The translations under genes and the position numbers were made by a program. A stretch of DNA of 60,380 bases, the filler included, from Basidiobolus ranarum (taxonomy: Eukaryota), in the NCBI GenBank assembly GCA_040143965.1. It is 9 parts of 9 records of this genome, joined end to end, with 100 filler letters (N's around TTAATTAATTAA, not from the genome) between each part and the next. Parts side by side here need not be neighbours in the genome. Positions count along the whole stretch, not along the records: positions 13,472 to 20,095 come from JASJQH010001282.1; positions 20,196 to 26,816 come from JASJQH010001283.1; 7 more parts are not named here. One strand, written 5' to 3'. Each line of letters starts with the position of its first letter. Position 1 is the stretch's first letter. Below the pieces are notes generated by a model that had not been told where the DNA came from, did not search any database, and saw only the letters and a list, made by a program, of their open reading frames with translations. This document shows, piece by piece, positions 13,680-26,368 of the stretch.

Positions 13680-13867
13680 TTATTTAAAACAGATTGCCAA
13701 CAATGATTGCAAAACGAGGCGAAAGTAAAAGCAAGTACAATGAAGCGATAAAGAAAAATATGTATGTAATTTGGTGTATACCTGGTTAATGTTTCAGTTA
13801 TCATTAACAAATAATAATCCAGTTGGTTTTGAAAAGGTGCTTCAAATGGAATGGATTTTGTACGTCT

Positions 13868-14632
13868 TTATAGCTTGAATTCTTGTGGTTTTATCTTCAA
13901 ATTGCCACTGGCAGCATCATCAAAGAACCACACCACTTGACCATGAGTGGGCTTCACTAATTGAGCGGGTAAATTTGACTTCTCTTCGAGGATTTTTGGA
14001 ACAACGTCCTTCTTATTGTCACCGGTTACAACAAAGGCGGCAGCGTGACAGTGGTTGAGGACTGGAAGAGTAAGAGTAATACGCTTTGGTGGAGGCTTGG
14101 GAGAATCTTCGATAGGTGCGACCCACTCGTATTGCTCCTCAAGAAGAGGATGTCCAGGGAATAGCGAGCAAGTATGGCCGTCTGGACCAATCCCCAAAAG
14201 TATTAAATCAAATACGGGAAACATCACCTCTGTTTTGGATGCAAATACTTTGCGTAAAGTATTCTGATAGTCTTCGCTAGCTTTTTCTACCTGGTCCACC
14301 AAAGACTCGTTGATAGTATAGATTTGTGCGTCAGGGATATCAACGTGGTCAAAAAGTTCTTTCTTTGCTAATAAATAGTTGGAGTCTTCATGATCTAGAG
14401 GAACGCAACGCTCGTCTGCAAAGAAAACATGCCATTTACTCCATTGGATAGAAGAATCATCCTTTATGGCTGCAGCTAGAGTCTTTGGAAGCGAGCCGCC
14501 AGACAAAGCGACAGTGAAGCGGCCGTGACGGTGAATTGCTTCAGCAGAGGCTTTGGCAACATATTTACCCAAAGCGCTTGAAACTTCGGTAGAGTTCGCA
14601 AAACTGTAGATAATAGGACCAGATGTAGCCAT
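13868..14632 (-). CDS. SOL3: 6-phosphogluconolactonase (Sol3/PGLS family)
   Basis: Motifs ALSGGSLP, FFADERCVPLDHEDSNY, FDLILLGIGPDGHTCSLFPGH and PKPPPKRITLT. Likely start MATSG at 14632. Confidence 0.96.
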   Translation of the reverse strand: MATSGPIIYSFANSTEVSSALGKYVAKASAEAIHRHGRFTVALSGGSLPKTLAAAIKDDSSIQWSKWHVFFADERCVPLDHEDSNYLLAKKELFDHVDIPDAQIYTINESLVDQVEKASEDYQNTLRKVFASKTEVMFPVFDLILLGIGPDGHTCSLFPGHPLLEEQYEWVAPIEDSPKPPPKRITLTLPVLNHCHAAAFVVTGDNKKDVVPKILEEKSNLPAQLVKPTHGQVVWFFDDAASGNLKIKPQEFKL

Positions 14633-15709
14633 GTTTGTGCTGGGGGTAAGAAAATAATCCCAAACAATTGGTAATATTATATGTAGAAGCAACAAACTGT
14701 TTAGAGACACTGGCCTCTACAAGCCTCTTTATAAATCGATCACATTCAATATCAGCTTAAAAAAGATTAGATGACGCAAACCTAGCCACTATCTGAACAA
14801 ATCCACCTAATCTGATTTCATTGATTTTTGTGACTGCATCAATAATCTCCTGGGATTTAGCAACGTTCACCCAAATACTGTAATCTGTGACCAAGTGTCG
14901 ATTTGAGAATAGAATGTAGATCCGAAACTACTAGCATCGCACGCATGAGTTTTCGTGGAATCGGAATCAGGTGCTACTGGATTGTATTACACTACATATA
15001 TTGAAACTAAATACTATAGCTGAGTCGTCACCTTACAGACCTGAGAGAAGCGGAGGCGTTTATTCCAGAATACTTGTACGTAATCCAATATTTTATCATA
15101 TATCAATCCATATGTCATCAATAGGATTGTGTATCCAGTCATATCAGCTGAGTGATGTAGCGTGATCTGCATGTATAAATCCATTCTATCGAGTTAATGA
15201 AAATGAATGAATACTCCTATAGGCGTAATCGCGCATGTGTAATAAAAAAGTGGAAATCAAGCATGACACTACTGATCAGCAAGTTCTTGGCAATAATCAG
15301 ATTTGTTGACAAGTGAAAACCAGAGACTGACAACGAAGCGATGAGTAGTTACAATAATTTTGGTTCCCCTAAATTCCACGAGTGGAACCAAGCAAACAGT
15401 GGGGGTATTACGAAACGACAGCTCAAGTTTGTTAGTGCCTAGACAAGTGGTTACTTGTAACCATTTGAAGACACTCCCTCGCGATAACAACCTTTCTCCA
15501 TGTAAGCTGAGCCTAACATTGACACATGTTTTTCCTGAGATCACAGAACTATGTTCAAATAAAATCAAATTTTGGATAGCGGAACTCTGTTTTATTGAAG
15601 CCGAAGGCTGTAATTTAGACAAGTCCCAACATACTATAATGAAACGAAGGAAAATGGTGACATCTCCAATGCTTCATGACGGCCTGTAGTGAGATGTTAA
15701 GCCTATAGC

Positions 15710-15787
15710 TTATTTGGATCTGGCTCTCATCTTTCTTCTTTTGCGCTTGAGACGTCTCTGTCTCTTCTTCTTCCACTTATCTCTCAT
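15710..15787 (-). CDS. RPL41: Ribosomal protein eL41 (25 aa)
   Basis: Translates MRDKWKKKRQRRLKRKRRKMRARSK*. A 5'UTR intron 15848-15790 (GTAATG..TAG) ends 2 nt before the ATG. Confidence 0.97.
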   Translation of the reverse strand: MRDKWKKKRQRRLKRKRRKMRARSK

Positions 15788-17101
15788 TGCTATAAATGAA
15801 AATGTTAATCAAAGGTTATTGTATTCGATTGGATCATATTTACATTACCTGATGTTCAAGAGATGAGTTCGAGAAGGAACTAACTCCAACCAACGTTGAT
15901 ATATATACTCAAATCCTTGCTTCATTTTCACGGCGAGGGTACCCCTGTACATTCCATGGTAGACACGAAAAAAAAGTTCATTGATTGAATCTCACCTATG
16001 GATGTAGACCAATGGAAAGTGATATAATAATTTTTTTGATCTTATAGGTTGTTGCTGTACCATGGGCTTAAAATCGATTCGAATCAAAATGATCCCTCCA
16101 AAGCCGCCCCGTTAATAGATCCTGCAATCTTTAGGTGACAAGTCTAGTATAGCATTTTATGATCACGGATAAGCTACTGGATTAGCACCAACAGAGGCCA
16201 GACCAAAGATAATGCAATGGCTGAAAGCGATCTTACCTTTCCGGACTTCTGAAGTGAAGAATAGTAATAACCAATCTTACTGGCGATCGTCATTTGGACA
16301 CCTTTAATCTGTAGTATTAATCAGATATTAGTCAAGTTATCCAGCTACCCTTGCAATATGACCCACATAAAAGCTAGTGAAAGATATGACTTTGGGCAGC
16401 CAATTACTGGTATGCAGTCACTTCACCAACTATGAACAGTAAAATATGCACGCAAGTGGGATGGAATTATGTGAGATTTAATATCACAGAGAAGAGGTTG
16501 TATTTGATTGTTATCTGCGAGGAATATTCTTACCCTATTCTTACCAGTTACTGCAGTCATTGGTGGGTACTAATACCGCCAGCGTAGTGTTTTAAAATAT
16601 GATGATGTAACAGCCCGCACCATATAAATGATGTCAAGTGATATGGATTCATTCCATAATGACCTATACCTGTGATTGCTTGGTGCTCTTCTCAATAAGT
16701 GATAATTAATTTTATTAAATCATTTCAAGTAGGAATTGCGTGGAGAGTTTTATTGTGAGATTATACTGTCCGGTTGACCCGTTCGGATCGGATTTATGCT
16801 TTTCAGAGCTGTTCAAATCCTTTCTCTCTTAATCTTATTACGCATACATTTAATCCATTTTACATCTTCTTTGTAGTCTAACTTGACAATTCATTATCTT
16901 TTGTTTGAATCAACTAGAGTTTAGCAAGTTACGTATCTTTACTTATCATATCTTCTTTTCTGCCGCAACTGAGAAAATCAACCCTCTTTTGAAGGCAATT
17001 GTTGTTAGACCAATATCGCTCTCCGTTTGTTTGTACCCTGGCAACTAACTTGTTTGTCTAATATAGAATTCGATACAACTTTGAATTATCGCACAGTAAA
17101 C

Positions 17102-18293
17102 ATGTCTGCACAAACAAGACCAGCTTCTAGTCAGAGTTCCTCCAAATTGCATCAATTCAAGTTAGTTCTTCTTGGTAGGTTCCCTGGACTTTGATCATCA
17201 GCGACGTCTTGGTTTTACTTACATATACATTTGAATTTTAGGTGAATCCGCTGTCGGAAAATCAAGGTAAGTCAAAGAGTTTCTCACTTGATGAAGTTTA
17301 TAGTATACCAACACCTCCTGTTTTGTTCGGATTAGTTTGGTCATTCGCTTTGTTAAAGATCAATTCGATGACTATAGAGAGAGTACCATCGGAGGTAAAA
17401 TACTTCAAGAAACAAAAAGATTTTTTATGAAATTTAGGTGAAATACTTACGAGATACCCATTTGTTTGTTAGCTGCTTTCCTCACGCAAACAATTTCTCT
17501 TGACGACAACACTACTATCAAGTTTGAAATCTGGTAAAGTTTACTCCTTGGTGAGTTCAGTTCAGTTTAGTTAAATCTAATAGCAATTGTTTTTAGGGAT
17601 ACTGCAGGTCAAGAGAGATACAAGGTATATGTCCCATAGTTGAATACTTTTATGAGCTATCTGAATAACATTTTTACTCTATCAGAGTTTGGCCCCGATG
17701 TATTACCGCAATGCAAACTGTGCTGTCGTTGTATATGATATCACCCAGCCTGTACGTACATAATCCCATATTAGTTAGTTGAAAGTACTAATTCTATTCG
17801 AATCTTAGGCTTCGCTGGATAAAGCGAAATCTTGGATTAAAGAGTTGCAAAGACAAGCGGATCCTAATATTATAATTGCTCTTGCGGGAAATAAAAGCGA
17901 TCTAGTTTCTCGTCGTGCCATCGCGACTGAGGTAAGAGCTTTTTGGTACTACAAGTTATCCAGTGGAAAACGAATTGTCTAAAATTAATTGAACCATTTC
18001 AGGATGCGCAAGCATACGCTGATGAAGCGGGATTATTGTTTTTTGAAACCTCCGCGAAAACCGCTGAGAATATTCATGAACTTTTCACAGCTCTTGGTAA
18101 GTACCCATCTCCGGGGTAGTTTCATATCCCTTGAACATAAAAAGTGATCTAACCTTCAAATTGCATTTTTATAGCCAAAAAGCTCCCTCTGGAGCAGATG
18201 ACCGCATCACGCAATCGTAATGGAATGAATCAAAGACAAGGTGGTGTTGATTTAACCCAAAATAACAACGATCCTAACGGATGTGCCTGCTAA
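17102..18293 (+). CDS. YPT52: Rab5-family GTPase (Ypt5/Ypt52/Vps21-like); 9 exons
   Basis: Spliced product contains [51 protein letters not shown] and a C-terminal CAC prenylation motif. Eight GT-AG introns. Confidence 0.95.
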
Positions 18294-19823
18294 AGATACT
18301 CAGTGCTTTTGCCAACTAGCAATATACACTTCGCCCTTTCTTTCTTATATCCCCTTCCAATAGTTGTCGATTTATACATTTTGTTTTCTCAATATCGATC
18401 ATTCCTTTTCTTCTATTACCGCGTAAGAGCATTTGTTAACCATCATCCCGAGTTTTCTTCTATTTTATTTTCGGTTGGACAGGCTTGTGTTTTATCCTCT
18501 ATCCAAGCCAACATTATTCCACGAAGTAGTGAAAAGAATAGTTGATGATGGCTCGATCTGGGTTCTATATTTTGAGCCTAACAGGACCGCCAACAACCCT
18601 ACGTACTATATATGATTGGTTTTAAGTTTTAAAAGTTTCTTTATAAATGGCAAGTCAAAATTGATATACTTTGCAATGGCTCTATTAGAATGTGTTGCAG
18701 TTAGACTAACTCTTATGAAAGCCGCTCATTCAAAGCAGCCCACGAAATCATTTTCATGACTTAATCCATCAGCAAACAGTAGGTAACCCATTGGAAATCA
18801 CATGTTAATCAATATTTTGCTGCAAGGAACCCGATCTTCAATCAAGTATCATCATATTTTGGGTTACATGATGACTACTTTGCACATGATTCACTCAGTG
18901 AGGTTGGCATGAACAATGAATTGGATACACTAGTGTCAATACCCTGGCTCTCATCTCAACCTTTCCCCCTACCCCAAGTGATTACAAACGCTTGATATTC
19001 TATTGGTGGTCCCAAGTGTATAGGAAAGAGTAAATATCTTTCTGCCGATATTTAGTTGAGTTGGAATCAGTCTCAATGAGGTCCATCAAGTAATATAAGT
19101 GAACCACTTGTCTGAACATGGATCGGAATTACTCATTGTTTCGGAGAAGTTCAATTAAGTGTTTAAGAAAAGTTATTGGCATCATTTCTCGACCAGTCTT
19201 CTCTGACCTGGTCCAAATCCCATTAGATGCGTCTGATTCCGATAAATTTCATGTAGTTTCCTTCAATTTGGAATTATTCTCTTGTATTAAGGATGGATAA
19301 TGTAAGGATATCTATGACAAATCTACCGGAAATTCGCAAACAAGCTTGCTTTAAAAGTCGTTGAGATCCCCTCATTAATCATTATCTTCTTTTAAACACT
19401 GAAGGATAATCGCTTCTGAGCTACTTGCCTCGTACCTTGATCGATTCGTTAGATACAAGTCTTGGCCAAATAACCACGAGCAAGTAGAAAGAACTTCGAT
19501 CCTCGCTTGGGTTCTGTGGGTTGGATTGACCATTGTAATAACTAAGAGAAAACCACTAAAATCTTGGATCACTTGTATATTCACGGAGATCTACACCTTT
19601 AAAAAAAGATTTGATAAAATCTAATTATCCATAGTAACACAGTACTGGTCAGATTATCCTTTGATAGTCTGGGGAGGATCAGAATCCGTATAGCTTTTCG
19701 AGTCCACTTTTTCGCTAGTTAACTGGGACTAATATTCATTGGATAGCTGTTGAACGGTGTACATTTCAGCCCGAATCTTCCTTATAGATATCGCTTACTG
19801 ATTTATTTCTCTGAAATCCCTCA

Positions 19824-20095
19824 ATGAATACCAGTCATGTACGCAAGACTTCGGTAGATTATCAAAAGGAGTTCTGGGTACCTACACGCCGTGGTTCCGT
19901 ACAACTTTGTGATACTACTACTGTGGTTGCGACTGATCGTTCACTTGGTAAACGGAATTCGTTGGTAGCTACCATGTTAAGATTAACTCCAGAAGACGAA
20001 GATCTGATCAACACCAACAGACCGCCATCTTCGTACATATCTTTCCCGCGTTTAGATGACGAAGAAACGGAGGTAGATGAGGCGGTGATTGAGCC
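19824..20095 (+). CDS. Hypothetical small protein, truncated at the contig edge
   Basis: ORF open to the gap, with basic-Ser motifs (RKTS, RRGS, KRNS), SYISFP and an acidic tail. Confidence 0.5.
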
Positions 20096-20195
20096 NNNNN
20101 NNNNNNNNNNNNNNNNNNNNNNNNNNNNNNNNNNNNNNNTTAATTAATTAANNNNNNNNNNNNNNNNNNNNNNNNNNNNNNNNNNNNNNNNNNNN
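20096..20195. other. Artificial contig linker
   Basis: N44-TTAATTAATTAA-N44. Confidence 0.99.
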
Positions 20196-20304
20196 TTTAC
20201 AAAACTATAAATGTCAACTTTCTACTCAATAAATCAATAAGTGAAAACCACCAATTCCTCTAATTCTCCAAACCACTTCCAACAGGCTCCCAAATACTTT
20301 AACA
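20196..20304 (+). repeat. 3' end of a copia family A LTR (solo or 3' LTR)
   Basis: gtgaaaaccaccaatt...aacaggctcccaaatactttaaca matches the LTR end at 561-670 and 33883-33950. No PBS follows. Confidence 0.8.
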
Positions 20305-23300
20305 AACTATGCCAAATAAGATACATGCATCATTAGGTGCTCAATCCAAATATTTCAATATTTAAAACCACTTGCATTAGTTTCAAACTCAATTACTGCA
20401 GCTAACTTCCGGTGTTAAGTTTAGCCAAACTTCATTAAGTGAGCATAAAGAGATTAAATGCGGAAGCAGTAGTGTAGTGAAAAGCCTGTCACATGCTCAT
20501 AAGCACTTGAATAATGGAAAGCCTCTTCCAAATATTGCAGATTTCTACAGTTTCCTTAATATGTATTTCATGTGGGGTGTAGTGAATGGAACTGTGAGAT
20601 TGCCTGTCTTTAGTTTGTGGCCTTATTCATTGAAATTTGTTACTTGTATGTACATTTAACATTCTCATAAAATGAAATCCGGCTATTTCATACAACATTT
20701 AACTTGGTTAGTATTATCAGTCAAATATTACTTGATTCAAAATTGTAACATGTTTTTAGGAAGTACATGAAGCATTCAAAAAATCAGCCATATTCAACTT
20801 GAAGTTTTGACATTATCCATATGGATATTGATAGTTACATACTTATGAAGGCCCAAAAGTACTACTTGTTAAGTTTAGACTATTACACTCGTATGTTAAG
20901 CTTGTAACTGTTGCCCAACTTTTCCGAGCTTGAGGCAGGCCATAGCCTGCCGGAAGAGGTCCACCATTGATTCCCTTGTTGAAACTTCTTCATGTGGCAA
21001 GAAAAAATATCAATCTGGCCAGGTCAGTATTAATATTGAATCATAGTAAGTTTGCCTTTTTAGAACCCCCTATTATGACATAGTCCTTCTCCATCAACTT
21101 CAAATAACAACATAACCATTTCGAACTGTCTTCCTCTAGTGATTAAATACCACGCACATACAGTTTGAAAAGAAAGAATTGATCCTGTATTTCCCCCACT
21201 CACTTGGTGCACTTAAATATATCCAAATGGCCCCAAAGTAGTGCGAGTTCTTACGGGTTCGTCAGCACAATATATGCTGTAAATATGCTTATGCAGAAGA
21301 CTGAAGAGGTATATCTTACAATGCCTCGTGATATGAGGAGGGAACAATAATGTTATATCCACCTCTATTTTGCTAACAGTTAAATTTCTACGAAATGAAC
21401 TCTACAGATAATATATATTAAGTAGATATGCAAGTAAAACGAGATTAACCTCTGGTCACGACTTATGCACTCTCCTCTTGCTTGCGTACTAGTAGCGGTA
21501 GGGCTGACCGCTGTAATTGAATGGATGTAGGAAATCTAGATAGTTGCAAGCGCTCGGTGTACTACATAGGAATTCTCCGAAACATCGAATGCTGTGTGAC
21601 AGTTGTGATAATTGTTCAAGAGTATTGGCTTATGTACAAAGTATAAATGGCCAATTTCATTCAAGCCGTAATATCCCGAACATTGGAATCTAGTGAGAAA
21701 ATACTCTGGTTAGCCGGCAATAATATTGTACAGGCAAGACTCGTGAGATGCTAGGGGATAGCAGGGGATATACAGAGTTTGTTTTGTTGCAATACTTTAC
21801 CGGAGGTGTTTTACACGCAGTAGATATATATACATATCCTTATAAATTCTACCACTGAGAGAGATTGAGGAGTGGGTATTTGAGCTACATATATACTTTA
21901 CTATTGTATGAATCTGAAGTCATCAAATGGCGCAAGTTCATCGCCAAGACGAAACTTCATTGATGCTCACTATATCAATACAGTACGATAATCTTAGTTG
22001 AATCACAATGCTCCAGCTCGGGAAGTGCGATTTTTGAAAATTGTGCAGGTTGTGTGGAACTAAATCAATCTGAAAATGGATGAATAACCTAATGGAATTA
22101 ATTGAGACAATGATGTAACGCATCCTATACCAGGATTAGTATTGTTTACTAAGCCCAAGTGTGATCTATTTGTAGCTGAGTCGGGTATCGCCACAATGGG
22201 AAAGACCATACCGAAATTAGATACATATGGGTTGGAGACTCCGAATTTACTAGTGAATAACACAGTGAATTCAGGCTATGAAATGTGTCTAAGGAAGAGT
22301 AGCGAAGATGATATCTCGCCACATAAAGAGGCCAGGTCAGAATTGGTATGATAGTTGAACGGAACCTTAGAGTATATTTTCAACAGATAGAACATAATAC
22401 TCGAGCTTCCTGAAAGTACTGCCATTCAGCCAATTTAAGTTCACGAGTATGGAAGACTCAGTACTACTTTATGATGAATCTGTGATCACCCGAATGGACT
22501 ACCAAGTCTGCATTGTGAGCAGCTTTTGTGCTGGTGAGAATATCCCCAGGACTTACGCGCATGCTACACTACGGATATGTACGCATAGTAATATATTGAT
22601 CTTATGGAGGCATTTCTATTTAGGCACCGAACAAGTGTGTCATACTGATTTGCCATTAACTGGATAACCGTATTGGTGTGATTATTCCACAATTGTAATA
22701 AATTGGCCCACCACTATTATTCCCGTGTTTGTTCTCCACTACTATAGTTGAATATGCATTCTACTGAGTCATTTTGCGTTGAATAATCCATCGCGTTTTA
22801 GGTACTTCAAAGAAAATGGCGAGATAATTCTTAAATAGGAAGCGCAAGAGAATTACACTGTAAGTCTCATAAGTCAGCCATCAAGTATATTTGAGAAATG
22901 AAGCTCAATGCTTGGAGAAATCCGAAAACAGACTTTTGCAACGCTTGTTTCCACCATCCAAAATGCAGTGCAAGCTGTAAGGTGAAACGGTAGGCAGGAA
23001 CATATTAGGTCTAGATCATCCTTGTTCTTGCTATTTGGCATTGGATCCACAAAATAAAGATGAATGCTAAACGTGCTCTATGATATGCCACGTACGATAA
23101 CGAATAGGCAACTTTGTCCATGGCATATATTCTACATAACCAAGTAATCTAAAGAATCATGATACCTATGAGTAGATAACACGGCTAATATATCTGGTTT
23201 GGAGTTAACCCATACAATTCTAGCTGTATGGAGGAGGAAATGGTTTCCAGGGATTGAGTATCCCTGCTATCGAAGAGAAATCACCAGCACTCGTTAGTGA

Positions 23301-23952
23301 TACGAGCAACAGCAGAACACCTGTTTCTACAAGTAATTTCGTGACAGAAATTGTACGCGGCTAAAGAGACTCCGGCCGTGGATGGTATCTGATGAATATA
23401 CGCTCAATGTACGAATATTTCATCAGCTTTATATATACCCTCAATATCCACTGGGCACTGTAGAAAGGTCATGAAAATCACCAAATCGCGTCATAAATTT
23501 ATTCTCGAATCCATTAATCTACCTGTTGTTGCTACATTTAGATTAATTATTACTGATCAAAGGATCCGTCGTAACCACTTGTCACTCAATTTTTTATGAT
23601 GGGTATCTTTGGTAGCCAACCAAATCTCTGTACAACTATCTCTATAGTCGGCGTATTTCATTAGACAGTCTATCCTGTTTCATTTCGCACAAACCCATGA
23701 ATTTCTAAAGTTCCCTAGCCATTCATGCTACCGTTGGAGGCAAATTTGTTCTTGGGAAAATCAAATAAAATAGGTGAGTGGAATGAAAGGAGTTTTTGCC
23801 ACTCTTCACTCTTACTGAACGCATTCTAGTCGCATTATAGTTGGTGGTAAAGACACCTAGTGTCTTGATTTCCTGAATTTAAGTATACCTTCTCACCAAC
23901 TACAACTCTCTGAATAGTTTTTCTCCTATATACCGGAGATTCAGTGAGAAAC

Positions 23953-24120
23953 ATGAGCAAAGAGTTAGCCACAATAAAACCAACTCAGAAATTGGTTCGC
24001 TTCAGCCGTTTTGAGAAGGTGTACTTTACTCATTCACCAAGCGAGTATGATCGCTCCTCAGTAAGGCCTTACTTTTCTTTTCGGAGCTCTGGGAGCCGCT
24101 CTGTGTGTTGTTTGAGCTAG
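23953..24120 (+). CDS. Putative 55-aa PP1-docking microprotein (spinophilin/Bni4-type module) with C-terminal CaaX
   Basis: MSKELATIKPTQKLVRFSRFEKVYFTHSPSEYDRSSVRPYFSFRSSGSRSVCCLS*. TATA-like cctatata about 25 nt upstream and good start context (aaacATG). Confidence 0.65.
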   Translation: MSKELATIKPTQKLVRFSRFEKVYFTHSPSEYDRSSVRPYFSFRSSGSRSVCCLS

Positions 24121-26368
24121 GAGAAGAAAATTCTTTATTACCAGATCAGAATGGCTCTCTATGAAGTTGGGAATAACAGTATCTTGACAGTGGGTCAACT
24201 ATAAAATACGACTGCCAACATATTGAAACTGCAACCTTTCTCCTTTCGGTTACTAATGCATTTGCCTATTTTCCCCCTAGTTCTGGGGATCATTGCTTGT
24301 CTTTTAATATTATACATAGTTAGAAATAATGTATTGAAAGAGCGATTTTTATCTCCTACCCTTTTCTCTTTGCCACCTTGGTGTTAATTTTTCTTTTGTA
24401 ACACTCTGGTAAGTGTTTGCCTCTCATTCCTTTTGACTTCCTAACCAGTACATTTATATCCAGTCTTTTGATTCCTACCAAATCGTTAGGCAGTGGAATA
24501 AATTGTTTATACTCTTTTATCTTCGAGATGTCTGTTACCCTAAGCGCTTGTTTTCCTCCGGACACCCGGGCATTGCTAATTTATTTAGATTGGCAACTTT
24601 TACATCTATAAGGATTTTAATATATCTTCGGATTCGATAGAGAACTCGAAAGTGTGATGCATGGTCGGCCTAGGGCATTCTTAGGACGTTCACCTCAATA
24701 TGGTAATACTAAGTAATGAAAGTATTGGCCGCTTGATATACCCAACTTCGATCGCGTATCACATTTAGGAAAATTGCAAAGGAATACGCTGTGCAACTGA
24801 ACCAAAGACTGGCGAGAGAGCAATTAAGGAACTATCCAATTTTCGTATATAAACGGCAGATGTGAGTGCTCTAGAAGTGGAGGTAAATGATATGGCTATG
24901 ACGAATTTGAGATAGCTATTGTATTGTGATTTACCGATAGCCTTTTGATATATCTGGTATATAGAAATTATGCGTAATATGAAACCCAGATTGATGTTCT
25001 CCAATATTAAAGTACAATAGACGTGGCGCCTAAAGTTAAGCATCACGACCAGTATTTTATTAAATGAACGTTTGTAGGTTTTATCCCATAATGGCCCAAG
25101 AACTGATACCAACTCTATGCATATCCGAAGCATCCTAGTAAACTTCTGGACAGATGGGCTATACATAGAATGTTTTCATTTCACTGATGTTGATATGGTC
25201 ACTGACATTTTCGAGTATTTGCCTTATTGCTATGTTGGCAGTATGAAGACTGGAATGCAGGCTAATATCCCATCGTATTATAAACTGACATCAAGATACT
25301 AGGGATCTGCGGCTTTTGTTCCCAAAGTTTACATCATATCCAATATATGACCAAGTGAACTTCTACACTAACGTATTTTAACAAGTGATACATCTTGCCC
25401 CTAACTGCCTGGTTTGCCAATAAAAATTCCGCTGGGTACAATTCCTAAGAGAGTTGAAGTCTAAAGTATCGCAGCTCCAACACTACAGGACACCCCATTC
25501 TTGTATTTTGTATATAAACTGGATGATCTCGGCGGTATGAGTTGATCCGTAATTCAGTGTGGAGCCCTCAGTTGTACAGATAACCATGAGTGAGGAGATA
25601 TCCGTTTCAAATAATCAGAAGAAATGGGAAATCTGTGAGTATTCAGGTGGGTGTTGCCTAACCAGCTTGGAGTTTCTGGAGTGCCTTGTACATCGAAAAG
25701 GCAATTTTCTGGATTTAAATGGAATATGTTCACCACTGGTGGGGCCTTACCATCCAATGGCTGAAATCAACTCTATAAATTGCCAATTCTTGATGACGAT
25801 ATCGAATTTCCGCAAAAGCCCATACGTAACAACTAAACAAATCTTCAAGTGAAGTGGCTCTTTCTAGTGTGCTAATCTGAGCGGATTTTGTTGTAATGTA
25901 CTATCGAATTTAGAACCTGAACAAGGCGTAACTAGATCTTGTCATTGGCTAACTGCCTTCACTCATACCGCACTGCATCATTCCTCATAGAGGACCTCAT
26001 CATTATGCGTGAAACATTTATTTGAGATTCAGGTATTAGCTCATTCAAAGAGGAAATTCACATCTCGAAAGACTCAGTTTGCTTCACATTTATTACATAG
26101 AATTTTGAAATCGTACAAATGGTTTTGTAAGATCAAAACCTCATACAAGGCAGACAAACGTCCGTCTTCCTTCAGATGGGATAGCATATCCTCATGTGTC
26201 CTATGGCCCTAGTACAACTTTATCAAATGAAATACAACGTAAATGAGATACATGTAGGAGCGCTTCCCATTAAACTATAACAAAAAGTGATAAATCGATA
26301 GCCCGGCCCAGATTGTCATGGATTCGTGAAAATATACTCAGTGGATATCTGATTGTTTCTAGTTCTCA

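Noticed and set aside
14633..14710. Hydrophobic N-terminal extension of 6-phosphogluconolactonase from a GTG start (similar extensions for RER1 and the carboxypeptidase)
   Set aside because: Produced by prokaryote-style start calling; the downstream ATGs give normal-length proteins in good context.
15269..15689. Overlapping 109-aa and 117-aa ORFs
   Set aside because: No recognisable motifs, and they lie in the RPL41 3' flank; probably spurious.
20310..23900. Short ORFs, tRNA or snRNA in the long intergenic stretch (also 3400-6300 and 54900-56100)
   Set aside because: No T-loop GGTTCGAA in a cloverleaf context, no snRNA signatures and no recognisable protein motifs by eye. A covariance-model scan could still find something.
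25865..25940. TPP riboswitch-like words (CTGAG..GAACCTGA)
   Set aside because: Lacks the CTGAGA, GATAAT and GCG.AGGGA elements and pairing, and no thiamine gene is nearby.
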